Shown here: positions 40,050 through 50,515 of the stretch, in pieces
Position numbering within the stretch: the first letter of the stretch is position 1
How the letters are laid out: every line of letters begins with the position of its first letter
Assembly (NCBI GenBank): GCA_902515155.1
Contig: CABXTT010000003.1
Span: 16-64,015, forward strand
Direction of reading: 5' to 3'
Length of the DNA: 64,000 nucleotides
DNA from: an uncultured SAR86 cluster bacterium
Lineage (GTDB): Bacteria; Pseudomonadota; Gammaproteobacteria; Magnimaribacterales; D2472
The notes under the pieces: generated by a model
Seen by the model: only the letters and a program-made list of their open reading frames with translations
What the model was told of the DNA's origin: nothing
The model's database searches: none
Translations under genes and position numbers: made by a program

Positions 40050-40661
40050 ATGCAATTATATTCAAGCGAGCTTGCTCCTAGTCCTTTAAAAGTTCTTGTT
40101 TTTATTGCTGAAAAAGGCATTAAAGATATAGAAATAGTAAATCTTGATTTAGGAAAACTGGAACATAAGACCCCAGAGTACAAAGCTATAGCTCCTAATT
40201 CGAGAGTACCTGCTCTTAAATTAGATGATGGAACGATAATTTTAGAAACAACTGCAATATGCAGATATCTTGAATCTCTTTACCCGGAACCAAACTTATT
40301 TGGACAAAGTCCTTTAGAAATCGCATCAATAGAAATGTGGTATTCAAGGATTACTTATGAATTAGCAACACCATTAGCTCATGGATTTAGACATACCCAT
40401 CCTCATATGAGTCAGATGGAAGATCAAAATAATGACTTTGGTTTAGCGCAAAGACAAATAGGAGTAAAGGCTCTCGAGATCTATAACGAAATAATTGCCA
40501 CTAGGGCATTTATTGCTGGCGATAATTTCTCTTATGCGGATATTCAGATGGCTATTAATCTTAAATTTTTAGTAAGACTTAACAAACTTGATATTGAAAA
40601 CTATAAAAACCTGAATGAATACATCAATCAGGTTTATAGTCGTCCTAGTTTTTCTGTTTAA
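40050..40661 (+). CDS. Glutathione S-transferase
   Basis: VPALKLDDG, ETTAICRYL, FIAGDNFSYADI. Confidence 0.9.
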   Translation: MQLYSSELAPSPLKVLVFIAEKGIKDIEIVNLDLGKLEHKTPEYKAIAPNSRVPALKLDDGTIILETTAICRYLESLYPEPNLFGQSPLEIASIEMWYSRITYELATPLAHGFRHTHPHMSQMEDQNNDFGLAQRQIGVKALEIYNEIIATRAFIAGDNFSYADIQMAINLKFLVRLNKLDIENYKNLNEYINQVYSRPSFSV

Positions 40662-40662
40662 A

Positions 40663-41928
40663 TTATTCCCAGTTTAGAGCTCCACCAACTTGATACTCAG
40701 TAACTCTAGTTTCAAAAAAGTTTTTCTCTTTTCTTAGATCAATAATCTCTGACATCCATGGGAAAGGGTTTGTTACGCCTTTAAATTCTTCTTCTAGACC
40801 AATTTGTGTTAAACGTCTGTTAGCAATAAACTTGAGATACTCTTCCATCATTGCAGCATTCATCCCAAGAACTCCTCTTGGCATAGTATCTCTTGCATAC
40901 ATAATTTCTAATTCTGTGCCTTCAAGAATCATTTGAGCGGCTTCAGTCTTCATTTCCTCATCCCAAAGATGAGGATTCTCAATTTTAATTTGATTAATAA
41001 CATCAATACCAAAATTAACATGCATAGATTCATCTCTAAGAATATATTGGAATTGTTCTGCTGTTCCTGTCATTTTATTTCTTCTACCCATAGATAATAT
41101 TTGTGTGAACCCACAATAGAAGAATATTCCTTCTAGGACACAATAGAATGCTATTAAGTTTTTAAGAAGCTGTTTGTCAGTCTCCTCAGTTCCAGTTTTG
41201 AAGTCTGGATCAGATATTTCTTGTGTATATTTTAATCCCCACGACGCTTTTCTTGCTACGCATGGTATTTCCCTGTACATATTAAAAATCTCGCCTTCGT
41301 CCATACCTAAAGACTCAATGCAATATTGATATGCGTGAGTATGAATAGCTTCTTCAAGACTTTGTCTCAAAATATATTGCCTACATTCTGGATTAGTTAT
41401 TAGTCTGTACAGCGCTAATACTAAATTATTTGCAACTAATGAATCTGCAGTTGAAAAGAAACCTAGATTTCTTTTAACAATTGTTCTTTCGTCTTCAGTT
41501 AGCCCATCTTCAGATTTCCATAAAACAATATCATTAGTCATGTTTATTTCTTGTGGCATCCAGTGATTAGCACTACCATCAAGATATTTTTGCCATGCCC
41601 AATCATATTTAAATGGAACTAATTGATTTAAATCCGCATTGCAATTAATCATCATTTTATCGTCAACCTGAACTCTAGAACCCATCATTTCATCAAGTTC
41701 TTCAATTCCTGCTGCTTCATCTAGATTTTTAATTGCTTCTCTTGCAATTTGCGCTCTAGAGCCTTCTTCAATTTCTTTACTTGAAGTAGTCTCTGGCGCA
41801 GCTGTATCCATAACAACTGGCTCTGGCTGTTTTTCCTGAGGCTCAGCCACAACTTTAACTGCTTCTGTTGGTGCAGCAGCCGATGGTGAAGTATTTTCAT
41901 CTTTTCCGTATTCATCCCAATTTAACAT
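40663..41928 (-). CDS. nrdB: Ribonucleotide reductase class Ia beta subunit
   Basis: [32 protein letters not shown]. Confidence 0.96.
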   Translation of the reverse strand: MLNWDEYGKDENTSPSAAAPTEAVKVVAEPQEKQPEPVVMDTAAPETTSSKEIEEGSRAQIAREAIKNLDEAAGIEELDEMMGSRVQVDDKMMINCNADLNQLVPFKYDWAWQKYLDGSANHWMPQEINMTNDIVLWKSEDGLTEDERTIVKRNLGFFSTADSLVANNLVLALYRLITNPECRQYILRQSLEEAIHTHAYQYCIESLGMDEGEIFNMYREIPCVARKASWGLKYTQEISDPDFKTGTEETDKQLLKNLIAFYCVLEGIFFYCGFTQILSMGRRNKMTGTAEQFQYILRDESMHVNFGIDVINQIKIENPHLWDEEMKTEAAQMILEGTELEIMYARDTMPRGVLGMNAAMMEEYLKFIANRRLTQIGLEEEFKGVTNPFPWMSEIIDLRKEKNFFETRVTEYQVGGALNWE

Positions 41929-41945
41929 TCTCTTTCTCCTTTATT

Positions 41946-44822
41946 TTATTGACATGCTTCGCAATCTGGATCATCCAGAGAGCAAGCGTCAGGAACAGGT
42001 GCTGGTGCACCAAGTTCTTGTGGTGCAGCTTGTGTCTCTTGCGAGCTAACTGCATTTAGTTTTCCTTGCTGAACAGTAGACTTTTCTGTTGATGTTGCAG
42101 CTATTGATCTCAGATAATAAGTAGTTTTAAGACCAGAATACCACGCCATTCTGTATGTAATATCAAGCTTTTTACCATCCGCATTTCCTATGTATAGATT
42201 TAATGATTGCCCTTGATCTATCCATTTTTGTCTTCTACTAGCTGACTCAACGATATATCTCGGTTCAACCTCAAATGCTGTTGAATATATAGTCTTTATT
42301 TCATCTGGAATTCTAGATATTTGAGATAAACTACCTTCAAAATACTTTAGGTCATTTATCATCACATCGTCCCATAAATCTAATTCTTTTAATTTATGAA
42401 CTAGGTGAGGATTAACAATTGTAAATTCACCTGAAAGGTTAGATTTAACATATAAATTTTGATATGTAGGTTCAACAGACTGTGTTACACCTGTTATATT
42501 TGAGATCGTAGCTGTTGGAGCTATTGCCATAACATTTGAGTTTCTCATTCCATCTGATAATACTTTTTTCCTAAGAGTATCCCAATCTAACGTCTCTGAT
42601 CTATCTACATTTAGATATTCACTTCCTCTATTCTCAGCCAAAATTTCTATTGAATCTTTTGGGAGTATTCCTTTGCTCCATAGAGAGCCTTCGTAAGTTT
42701 CATAACTTCCTCTTTCTTTTGCAAGTTCTGTTGAAGCATGAATAGCATAGTAACTAATAAGTTCCATGCTTTTGTCTGCAAAATTGACAGCTTCGTCGCT
42801 ACAGTAAGCAATATCTTGAACATATAATGCATCTTGGAAACCCATCATTCCAAGTCCTATAGGACGATGTTTAAGATTGGAATTTTTTGCAGTATCAACT
42901 GAGTAATAATTTATATTTATAACGTTATCAAGCATTCTGATGGCGGTTGAGACTGTTTGTTTGATTTTATCTTCATCAAGCGCTCCATCTTTCATATGCC
43001 TTGCCAAATTAACGGAACCTAAATTACAGACAGCGATCTCATCCGCACTTGTATTCAGTGTTATCTCAGTACATAGATTTGAGGAGTGAATAACACCGGC
43101 ATGTTGTTGAGGCGACCTTAAGTTACATGAATCTTTGAAGGTTATCCATGGATGACCAGTTTCAAACAGCATAGTAAGCATTTTTCTCCATAATTCCTTT
43201 GCAGGCATAGACTTAAATTGATCCATTTCTCCAGCTTCTGCTTTTTTTTCGTACTCTTCATATTTCTTTTCAAAATCTTTGCCTATCAAATCGTGTAGCT
43301 CTGGAGTCTCACCTGGAGAGAATAAAGTCCAATTTTTATCTTGCTCAACCCTTTTCATGAATAAATCCGGAACCCAATTAGCAGTATTCATATCATGAGT
43401 TCTTCTTCTTTCATCACCTGTGTTTTTTCTTAATTCTAAAAATTCCTCAACGTCTAAATGCCAAGTTTCAAGGTATGCACACATAGCTCCTTTTCTTTTT
43501 CCACCTTGATTAACAGCAACAGCAGTATCATTTGCTACTTTTAAGAAAGGAACGACTCCCTGACTTTTTCCGTTTGTTCCTTTAATGTATGAATTCATTG
43601 CCCTCACTGAAGTCCAATCGTTTCCTAATCCGCCTGCCCATTTTGACAAAAGAGCATTATCTTTCATGGCTCCAAATATTCCATCAAGATCATCAGGAAT
43701 TGTTGTCAGGTAACACGAGGATAATTGAGGTCTTTTTGTACCTGAGTTAAATAATGTTGGGGTTGAGCTCATGTAATCAAAACTAGACAGTAGTTTATAG
43801 AATTCTATTGCTCTTTCTTCTCTTTTTTCCTCTTCCACTGCAAGGCCCATTGCCACTCTCATAAAAAAGACTTGAGGCAATTCATACCTTGTATCATCAC
43901 TATGAATAAAGTATCTATCGTAAAGTGTTTGAAGACCCAAATAAGTAAATTGATTGTCTCTAGTATGGTCAATTGCTTCCCCTAAAACTTTTAAATCAAA
44001 AGTTTTAAGAATAGGATCTAAAATATCAAGCTCTATTCCCTTATCTATGTATGCAACAAGTGCTTCTGGATAATACTGCTCCATTTCTTCGTATGTTGCT
44101 TCATCAGCAACACCTAAAAACCCTAGCGCTTCGCCTCTTATTTGATCCATTAGTATTCTTGCAGTAACAAAAGAATAATTTGGTTCTTTCTCTACTTTCG
44201 TTCTTGCAGACATTACGAGACTTGTTCGCATATCAGAAATAGAGACCCCATCATATAAATTTTTGAGTGCCTCTTCTAAGACTTCATTCATAGAAACCTC
44301 ATCCAAGCCATCACAGGCATCATTTATAAGTGATGCAACTTTATCAATATCTAAAGGAACAAGGCTTCCATCTGTTTTTGTTATATTGATATTTGGTCTG
44401 TTTGATATATTTACCTCGGGTGTTTCTTTTTTTCTTTCTTGTGTCCTTCCTGCTCTATATAAAATATAGCTTCTTGCTACCTCAAGCTCTTCTGTTCTCA
44501 TTAATTGAAGTTCAACTTGGTCTTGAATTTCTTCTATATGTAGCGTACCTCCAGAAGGCATTCTTCTTTCAAAAACCTCAATAACTCCTTCAGTTAATTG
44601 GTTAACTTTTTTATGTATTCTTTCACTTGCTGCAGCGTTTCCTGACTCAGTAGCTAGAAATGCCTTAGTAATTGCAACCTTAATTTTATCTTCTTCAAAA
44701 GCAACTACTTTTCCATTTCTTTTTATAACTCTTAGCTTGCCTGGTGCTGTTGTTTCAATATCATTTGCAATAGTTTTATTTTGAACATCTATTGTTTTGC
44801 TTGTTTCTTGCTGAATTTCCAT
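41946..44822 (-). CDS. nrdA: Ribonucleotide reductase class Ia alpha subunit, two ATP-cone-like domains
   Basis: VIKRNG and ITKTDG cones, TPTLFNSG, SNLCTEI, APTATIS, C-terminal CEACQ. Confidence 0.97.
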   Translation of the reverse strand: MEIQQETSKTIDVQNKTIANDIETTAPGKLRVIKRNGKVVAFEEDKIKVAITKAFLATESGNAAASERIHKKVNQLTEGVIEVFERRMPSGGTLHIEEIQDQVELQLMRTEELEVARSYILYRAGRTQERKKETPEVNISNRPNINITKTDGSLVPLDIDKVASLINDACDGLDEVSMNEVLEEALKNLYDGVSISDMRTSLVMSARTKVEKEPNYSFVTARILMDQIRGEALGFLGVADEATYEEMEQYYPEALVAYIDKGIELDILDPILKTFDLKVLGEAIDHTRDNQFTYLGLQTLYDRYFIHSDDTRYELPQVFFMRVAMGLAVEEEKREERAIEFYKLLSSFDYMSSTPTLFNSGTKRPQLSSCYLTTIPDDLDGIFGAMKDNALLSKWAGGLGNDWTSVRAMNSYIKGTNGKSQGVVPFLKVANDTAVAVNQGGKRKGAMCAYLETWHLDVEEFLELRKNTGDERRRTHDMNTANWVPDLFMKRVEQDKNWTLFSPGETPELHDLIGKDFEKKYEEYEKKAEAGEMDQFKSMPAKELWRKMLTMLFETGHPWITFKDSCNLRSPQQHAGVIHSSNLCTEITLNTSADEIAVCNLGSVNLARHMKDGALDEDKIKQTVSTAIRMLDNVININYYSVDTAKNSNLKHRPIGLGMMGFQDALYVQDIAYCSDEAVNFADKSMELISYYAIHASTELAKERGSYETYEGSLWSKGILPKDSIEILAENRGSEYLNVDRSETLDWDTLRKKVLSDGMRNSNVMAIAPTATISNITGVTQSVEPTYQNLYVKSNLSGEFTIVNPHLVHKLKELDLWDDVMINDLKYFEGSLSQISRIPDEIKTIYSTAFEVEPRYIVESASRRQKWIDQGQSLNLYIGNADGKKLDITYRMAWYSGLKTTYYLRSIAATSTEKSTVQQGKLNAVSSQETQAAPQELGAPAPVPDACSLDDPDCEACQ

Positions 44823-44955
44823 TTTATTAGTTTTCCCTTTTTTTATCCTGAACTATTCCAAACTCTAAAGAGTATATTTATTTATTTTTTTGAAAAAGTT
44901 TTTGTGTGTCTGCAGTTACACTTACATTTTTTCTCTTATGTCTAATATTACTTGT

Positions 44956-45075
44956 TGTGGATAAAGAATCAAGTAAAAAAACACTATATATTGTGACAAT
45001 TTCACTTTTTATCACTATATAGTGTGTAAAACGTGTTTTTTTGGTGTTGGTAATTAGTGAATAAATTGTGGATAA
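44956..45075. promoter_or_regulatory. Two perfect DnaA boxes flanking the NrdR boxes
   Basis: tgtggataa at 44956-44964 and 45067-45075. Confidence 0.75.
44981..45027. promoter_or_regulatory. Tandem NrdR boxes upstream of nrdAB
   Basis: acactatatattgtga (44981) and tcactatatagtgtgt (45012), starts 31 nt apart; fit acaCwAtATaTwGtg. Confidence 0.88.
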
Positions 45076-45096
45076 TTCTAATAAGGAGACAAGATT

Positions 45097-46557
45097 ATGG
45101 AAAAATATTTAGCAATCGATCAGGGAACAACAAGCTCAAGAGCGATAATTTTTGATTCTAACTTAGAGCCAATTGCGGACTTTCAGCAAGAATACAGTTT
45201 AAGTTATCCCCAAGATGGATGGGTTGAAGCCAATCCAAATGAAATATTAAAGACTGTGAATAACTCTATTGAAAATGTTCTTGATCAAATTTCTGAAAAA
45301 ATTGCCTCTTGTGGAATAACAAATCAAAGAGAAACAACTGTTGTTTGGTCTAAAGAAACTGGTGAGACAGTTTATCCAGCAATTATTTGGCAAGACAGAA
45401 GAACTGATGACTTATGTAAATCTCTAAAGGCTAAAGGGCATGAAGAAATGGTTAAACAAAAAACAGGTCTAGTGCTTGATCCATATTTTTCAGCTACCAA
45501 AATTCAATGGATTTTAGATAATGTTCCGAATGCAAGAAAAAGAGCTGAATCTGGAGAGCTGCTATTTGGAACTATTGACAGTTTTTTGATATTTAATTTA
45601 TCAAAACAAAAAAATCACATGACAGATGTTACAAATGCATCTCGAACAATGCTTTTTAATATCAACGATATGTGTTGGGATAAAGATTTATTAGAATTAT
45701 TTAATATTCCTTTTTCAATGATGCCTAAAATTGCACCTTGTGACGGAGAGTTTGGCAACCTGATTTTTAATGACATAAATATCAATGGAGTAATTGGAGA
45801 TCAGCAAAGTGCATTAGTAGGGCAACATTGCATCAATTACGGAGATATGAAATCTACATATGGGACTGGGTGTTTCTTAATGGTTTGTACAAAAGAAAAA
45901 ATAGTACGATCAGAGGATGGGTTATTAACTACAGTTGCTTATAAATTAAATAATGAAACTAATTATGCACTTGAGGGAAGTATCTATTCTTGCGGCAATA
46001 TCATTCAGTGGCTAAGAGATAAAATGTTATTTTTTGAATCTGCTAAAGAAAGCGAGCTGCTCATCAACACAAATGGGGAGTCTGGGAATGTTCATTTTCT
46101 TCCAGCTTTCAATGGTCTTGGCGCGCCTTATTGGAATTCAGATGTAAGAGGTGGTTTTCAGGGAATAACCCAAAACTCAGATAAAAAAGATTTTGTTACA
46201 GCTGCTTTTAAATCAATTTGTTATCAAACTAAAGATATTATAGAGTCTCTTAATAATAAGAATATATTTATTAATGACTTATTAGTGGACGGTGGCATGA
46301 CATCAAATAATACTTTTTGTCAGCTTTTATCCGACTCTCTTGGAATTGATATTTCTAAACCTTCAAATATAGAATCAACTGCTTTAGGTGCATGTGTTGT
46401 ATCACAAATATCAGCAGGCGTTTCTCTAAAGGAGATCAGGAACAAACTAGACAAAAAATTTATCTCAAACGAAGCAAACTCAAGTTTCTATATGCATGAC
46501 TATAATGCTTGGAAGGATTATGTAGAATCATCTATTGGCAGCCTTAAAGATAAATAA
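45097..46557 (+). CDS. glpK: Glycerol kinase
   Basis: IDQGTTSSR, GITNQRET, WQDRR, PYFSATK, GDQQ, KSTYGTG. Confidence 0.93.
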   Translation: MEKYLAIDQGTTSSRAIIFDSNLEPIADFQQEYSLSYPQDGWVEANPNEILKTVNNSIENVLDQISEKIASCGITNQRETTVVWSKETGETVYPAIIWQDRRTDDLCKSLKAKGHEEMVKQKTGLVLDPYFSATKIQWILDNVPNARKRAESGELLFGTIDSFLIFNLSKQKNHMTDVTNASRTMLFNINDMCWDKDLLELFNIPFSMMPKIAPCDGEFGNLIFNDININGVIGDQQSALVGQHCINYGDMKSTYGTGCFLMVCTKEKIVRSEDGLLTTVAYKLNNETNYALEGSIYSCGNIIQWLRDKMLFFESAKESELLINTNGESGNVHFLPAFNGLGAPYWNSDVRGGFQGITQNSDKKDFVTAAFKSICYQTKDIIESLNNKNIFINDLLVDGGMTSNNTFCQLLSDSLGIDISKPSNIESTALGACVVSQISAGVSLKEIRNKLDKKFISNEANSSFYMHDYNAWKDYVESSIGSLKDK

Positions 46558-47161
46558 TTTTAGACTTACCTAACAAAGACTCATTTTCGTTATTATGGGT
46601 AACAATTAGACAAGGAATATCGAGTTTGTTTATAACATTATCAATTAATTTTTGAGTCTTTCTACTTAAATCGCTATCCAAATTTGAGAATGGCTCATCC
46701 ATAATTAGCAATTGAGGCTCCATAAGAATAGATCTTGCAATTGCAACTCTTTGTTTTTGACCTCCAGAAAGTTCATGTGGAAACTTTTTAAGGTGGCTGC
46801 CTAGCTCAAGATCTTGAATAACTTCATTAAAAAGGGTTCTATCTTTATTTTTTGATGCAAATAAGACATTTGTTTTAGAATTTAAATGAGGAAATAAAGC
46901 AAAATCTTGAAAAACATAACCGATATTTCTTTTTTCTGGTGGCAAAAAAATCGAATCTGAATTGAATATTTCATCACCACACGTTATTAATCCTAGTTTT
47001 GGAGCAATTAAACCATTAATTATATTCAATAAGGTAGTTTTTCCTTTACCACTCTCTCCTTTGATCACTCCAGTTTCTTTTTTTTCGATTATGAAATTAA
47101 TATTTTCAAGTAACGGAATGCCGTTTCTTGAATAACTTAGATTTTTTATTTTTATAGACAT
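46544..47161 (-). CDS. Orphan ABC transporter ATP-binding subunit
   Basis: GESGKGKTT, FQDFALFPH, LSGGQ, MDEPFSNLD; no permease adjacent. Confidence 0.85.
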   Translation of the reverse strand: MSIKIKNLSYSRNGIPLLENINFIIEKKETGVIKGESGKGKTTLLNIINGLIAPKLGLITCGDEIFNSDSIFLPPEKRNIGYVFQDFALFPHLNSKTNVLFASKNKDRTLFNEVIQDLELGSHLKKFPHELSGGQKQRVAIARSILMEPQLLIMDEPFSNLDSDLSRKTQKLIDNVINKLDIPCLIVTHNNENESLLGKSKIIYL

Positions 47162-47226
47162 TAGTAGGACTAATATAGGATATTTTTATATATAATGCTT
47201 CTGTTTTATTAAACAAGATTTCAATA

Positions 47227-48402
47227 ATGTACACATATAAAATTTTTAATAACATTGCAGAAGATGGTTTAGAAATCTTAACCAACAATAGTTATCATCT
47301 TGATGAAATAGATCCAGATGCTTTAATAATAAGAAGCCAGATAATATCGGATGAGGATTTCAATAATTCACTAAAATGCATTGGAAGAGCAGGAGCTGGA
47401 ACAAACAATATCTCAGTAAAAGAGGCTACTGAAAAAGGTATTGTTGTCTTTAATACTCCTGGCGCAAATGCTAATGCAGTAAAAGAGCTTGTTGTTTGTG
47501 GAATGCTTCTATCTTCACGAGGTATTATAGAAGGTAATACCTTTGCGCAAGGTCTTACAGGGCAAGATACATCTGAGCTAAATAAATCAATGGAAGCTCA
47601 AAAGAAAAAATTTAAAGGAAGCGAGCTAAAGGGAAAAACTCTTGGAATTGTAGGTCTGGGCTCGATAGGATCACTACTAGCTCAAACAGCAGAAATAATA
47701 GGCATGAAAATTATTGGATATGATCCCTACATATCTATTGATTCGGCTTGGAGACTTCCTAAAGAAGTAGAAAAAGCAGAAACTATTACTCATTTATTAA
47801 ATAACTCAGATTATATTTCTCTGCATGTCCCGTTGATTGATTCAACTAAGAACCTTATATCGAAAGATACCTTAAAACTTTTTAAGAAAGGAGCAAAGCT
47901 AATAAATTTATCTAGAGGAGGCATAGTTAATAACAAAGATATTATTGAGGCATTAGAAGAAAAAGTTATAAGTACATTTGTAACTGATTTTCCAACTCCT
48001 GAATTAGTAGAGAGATCTTCAAAAATGAATGATGTAATACTTTTACCTCATTTAGGAGCAAGCACAAAAGAAGCCGAAATTAATTGTGCTGTAATGGCTG
48101 CTGATCAGGTTTCAAATTTTTTAAACAATGGCGTGATTATAAATTCTGTTAACTTTCCATCAATTAAACTTGGAAGGGTTGCTGAATATAGAATGGTTAT
48201 AGTGAATAAAAATGAACCAGGTATGATTGGAAAAATAACTGATGCCATAGGCCATAATAATTTTAATATTGCAGATATGACTCATAAAACTAGAGACTCG
48301 ATTGGCATTAATTTAATAGATCTGGAACAAGAGCCATCAGCAGAGTTGATAAGTAATATTGAGAATATCGACCATGTCCTTAGTGTTAGGCTTTGTAAAT
48401 AA
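47227..48402 (+). CDS. serA: D-3-phosphoglycerate dehydrogenase with ACT domain
   Basis: RAGAGTNNI, NTPGANANAVKEL, GLGSIG, PHLGAST. Confidence 0.9.
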   Translation: MYTYKIFNNIAEDGLEILTNNSYHLDEIDPDALIIRSQIISDEDFNNSLKCIGRAGAGTNNISVKEATEKGIVVFNTPGANANAVKELVVCGMLLSSRGIIEGNTFAQGLTGQDTSELNKSMEAQKKKFKGSELKGKTLGIVGLGSIGSLLAQTAEIIGMKIIGYDPYISIDSAWRLPKEVEKAETITHLLNNSDYISLHVPLIDSTKNLISKDTLKLFKKGAKLINLSRGGIVNNKDIIEALEEKVISTFVTDFPTPELVERSSKMNDVILLPHLGASTKEAEINCAVMAADQVSNFLNNGVIINSVNFPSIKLGRVAEYRMVIVNKNEPGMIGKITDAIGHNNFNIADMTHKTRDSIGINLIDLEQEPSAELISNIENIDHVLSVRLCK

Positions 48403-48718
48403 ATTATTAATCTCAAAGTAAAATAAGACTTTATTATAAGAACTTATGTTGATTTCTTATTATATGTAAAATTAAGTGTAAATAATACTTGTCAACAGTT
48501 AAATAAAATGATATTGAGGCACTTACTTATTATTATAAATAAGCTTTAATAACTGCACATATTTTTCTTAAACTACTGATATATGGTGTTTTATTATATA
48601 TCTGTATAATTTTTGTTCAACTTTAATAAAACCTTTATACAAAGGGGCTTTATATGGTATAAATAAAGTTATCCATAACTTTATCCACAGATTCTGTGGA
48701 TAAGATTTAAGTTAATTT
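48403..48718. other. Candidate replication origin: AT-rich tract, IHF site, DnaA-box cluster
   Basis: Perfect boxes 48681-48689 and 48695-48703; near matches at 48601, 48635, 48669; WATCARNNNNTTR match on minus strand 48569-48581. Confidence 0.6.
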
Positions 48719-49396
48719 ATGCATAAACTACAAGCGCTATACAGATTGCCAAATGACTGGGAAAAGGAAATAAATTCATCTGAATTAAAGCTTTGTTTGA
48801 ATACGACGATAGATTATTTGTGCTCAAGAATAGAAAAAAATATATCAATCTACCCACCAATACAAAATATATATAGCGCATTTAACTTATGTAGTTTTAC
48901 TAATACAAAACTTGTAATTTTTGGTCAAGACCCATATCACCAAGATGCTGAAGCTAACGGTTTAGCATTTGCTGTTAACAAAGGAAATAAGATACCTCCT
49001 TCTTTAAAAAATATTTATAAAGAAATAAAAAATGATATAGGCTTTGTTATAAATGATTCTGGCAATTTAGATGAATGGGCTAAACAAGGAGTATTATTAT
49101 TAAATACATCTCTTACGGTTGAAGACTCTAAACCCGGCTCACATTCTAAAATAGGTTGGGATAATCTTATTAATTTAGTTATTTGCAAACTAAATAAAAA
49201 AGGCAATGTTGTATTTCTATTGTGGGGTGAAAAAGCTATTTCAAAAAGAAAGCTTATTGATGAAAATAGGAATTATGTTCTTACAGCACCACACCCATCT
49301 CCTTTATCATCGTATAGGGGTTTTTTTGGTTGTTGTCATTTTTCTAAGGCAAATAAAATACTATTAAAAAATAATACTCAGGGTATTTCTTGGTAG
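48719..49396 (+). CDS. ung: Uracil-DNA glycosylase
   Basis: GQDPYH, PPSLKNI, GVLLLN, HPSPLS. Confidence 0.96.
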   Translation: MHKLQALYRLPNDWEKEINSSELKLCLNTTIDYLCSRIEKNISIYPPIQNIYSAFNLCSFTNTKLVIFGQDPYHQDAEANGLAFAVNKGNKIPPSLKNIYKEIKNDIGFVINDSGNLDEWAKQGVLLLNTSLTVEDSKPGSHSKIGWDNLINLVICKLNKKGNVVFLLWGEKAISKRKLIDENRNYVLTAPHPSPLSSYRGFFGCCHFSKANKILLKNNTQGISW

Positions 49397-49399
49397 AAA

Positions 49400-50182
49400 T
49401 TAAATTATTGTTATTACCCCTTTGTTTTCTTTTAATGTTTCCAAATCTTCTCTTTTAATAATAGCGTTGAAAACACCATAATTTTTTAAATCAATTTTGT
49501 TACCGACAACTTTAAAATCTTTTTCAAATTCATAATCAGATTTAATTATAACTGTACTAAACCTTCTTCTATTCACTCCCAAGTATTTCATTCTAGCAAC
49601 AACTTCTTGACCTCTATAACAACCCTTATCAAAAGAAACTCTTAAAAGATCATAATTAAGCTCAAGTGGTCTATATTTATTTACATCATCAATTGATAAG
49701 AAATAATTTCTTAAAATTTTATTAGCTGTTAACCATTCGTTTAGTTTTATAGAGTTATTCAACTCATTTTTTTTGTGACTTAGTTGCAATGTTAGCGAAA
49801 AGTATTCATTTTTAAGAAAAGGCTTTATCTTTTCATGATCAGAAATAGAGCCTATTACAAATTGAGAGGTTAACTCAAACGTTACACCAAAAAATTTAGA
49901 ATAAGTACTCAGATCATCTACGAGTATATTAATAAGACTTTCATCAATTATTATTTTGAAATTATTATTCTCTTTTGTAAGAAAGAAGCTTGCCACTACA
50001 AGACCTTTTTGATTACAAATTGATGAAAGTTGATAATCACCATCTTTAATAGAGTTACTATCAGATGTTACTTGACCTTCTAAAAATTTTTCAACTTTTT
50101 TAATATCTCCAATAACATCAATAACTCTTAACGAATCTATATAAATGGATCCAAATGATATTAATTTATTTTGTATGTCTAT
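49400..50182 (-). CDS. ygfZ: Folate-binding Fe-S cluster maintenance protein YgfZ; 5' end extended, start uncertain
   Basis: KGCYRGQEVVAR; upstream of GTG 49996 the frame encodes KFLEGQVTSD and CNQKG. Confidence 0.85.
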   Translation of the reverse strand: MDIQNKLISFGSIYIDSLRVIDVIGDIKKVEKFLEGQVTSDSNSIKDGDYQLSSICNQKGLVVASFFLTKENNNFKIIIDESLINILVDDLSTYSKFFGVTFELTSQFVIGSISDHEKIKPFLKNEYFSLTLQLSHKKNELNNSIKLNEWLTANKILRNYFLSIDDVNKYRPLELNYDLLRVSFDKGCYRGQEVVARMKYLGVNRRRFSTVIIKSDYEFEKDFKVVGNKIDLKNYGVFNAIIKREDLETLKENKGVITII

Positions 50183-50222
50183 TTTCTTGTAAAATTATTG
50201 CTCAATAAAATTATTTTAACTA

Positions 50223-50480
50223 ATGAATCAAGAAATAAACAGAATCTATTGGAAATGCAGAAGGGGTATGAGAGAAATTGATCTTCTTTTGAGAGAGTTT
50301 TCAAGTAAAGTGCTTTCATCATTGAATGAAAATGATGTAAATTTATTTGATGAAATTCTAGATTATGATGACCAATCTCTATACGACTATATCTTTAAAC
50401 AAGAATCTTTAGGAAATAAAGATCATGAAGCCTTTATTGATACTCACCTGAAAAAATTTAACAAGCAAGGAAACTTTTGA
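50223..50480 (+). CDS. sdhE: FAD assembly factor SdhE
   Basis: WKCRRGMREIDLLL; divergent from ygfZ. Confidence 0.92.
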   Translation: MNQEINRIYWKCRRGMREIDLLLREFSSKVLSSLNENDVNLFDEILDYDDQSLYDYIFKQESLGNKDHEAFIDTHLKKFNKQGNF

Positions 50481-50497
50481 TGTTTTATTCTGTCTTA
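50470..50497 (+). promoter_or_regulatory. Putative sigmaE autoregulatory promoter
   Basis: gAAACTT-16 nt-TCTTA upstream of rpoE, similar to GAACTT-N16-TCTnA. Confidence 0.6.
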
Positions 50498-50515
50498 ATT
50501 TGTAAGGAAAAATAA

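Noticed and set aside
40663-41928. Class Ic (Mn/Fe) ribonucleotide reductase
   Set aside because: The radical Tyr is present (EEAIHTHAY), so class Ia.
48426-48454. dif-like sequence actttattataa-gaac-ttatgttgatt
   Set aside because: The XerD-like arm has 2 mismatches and the spacer between ATAA and TTATG is 4 nt, not 6; likely chance in AT-rich DNA.
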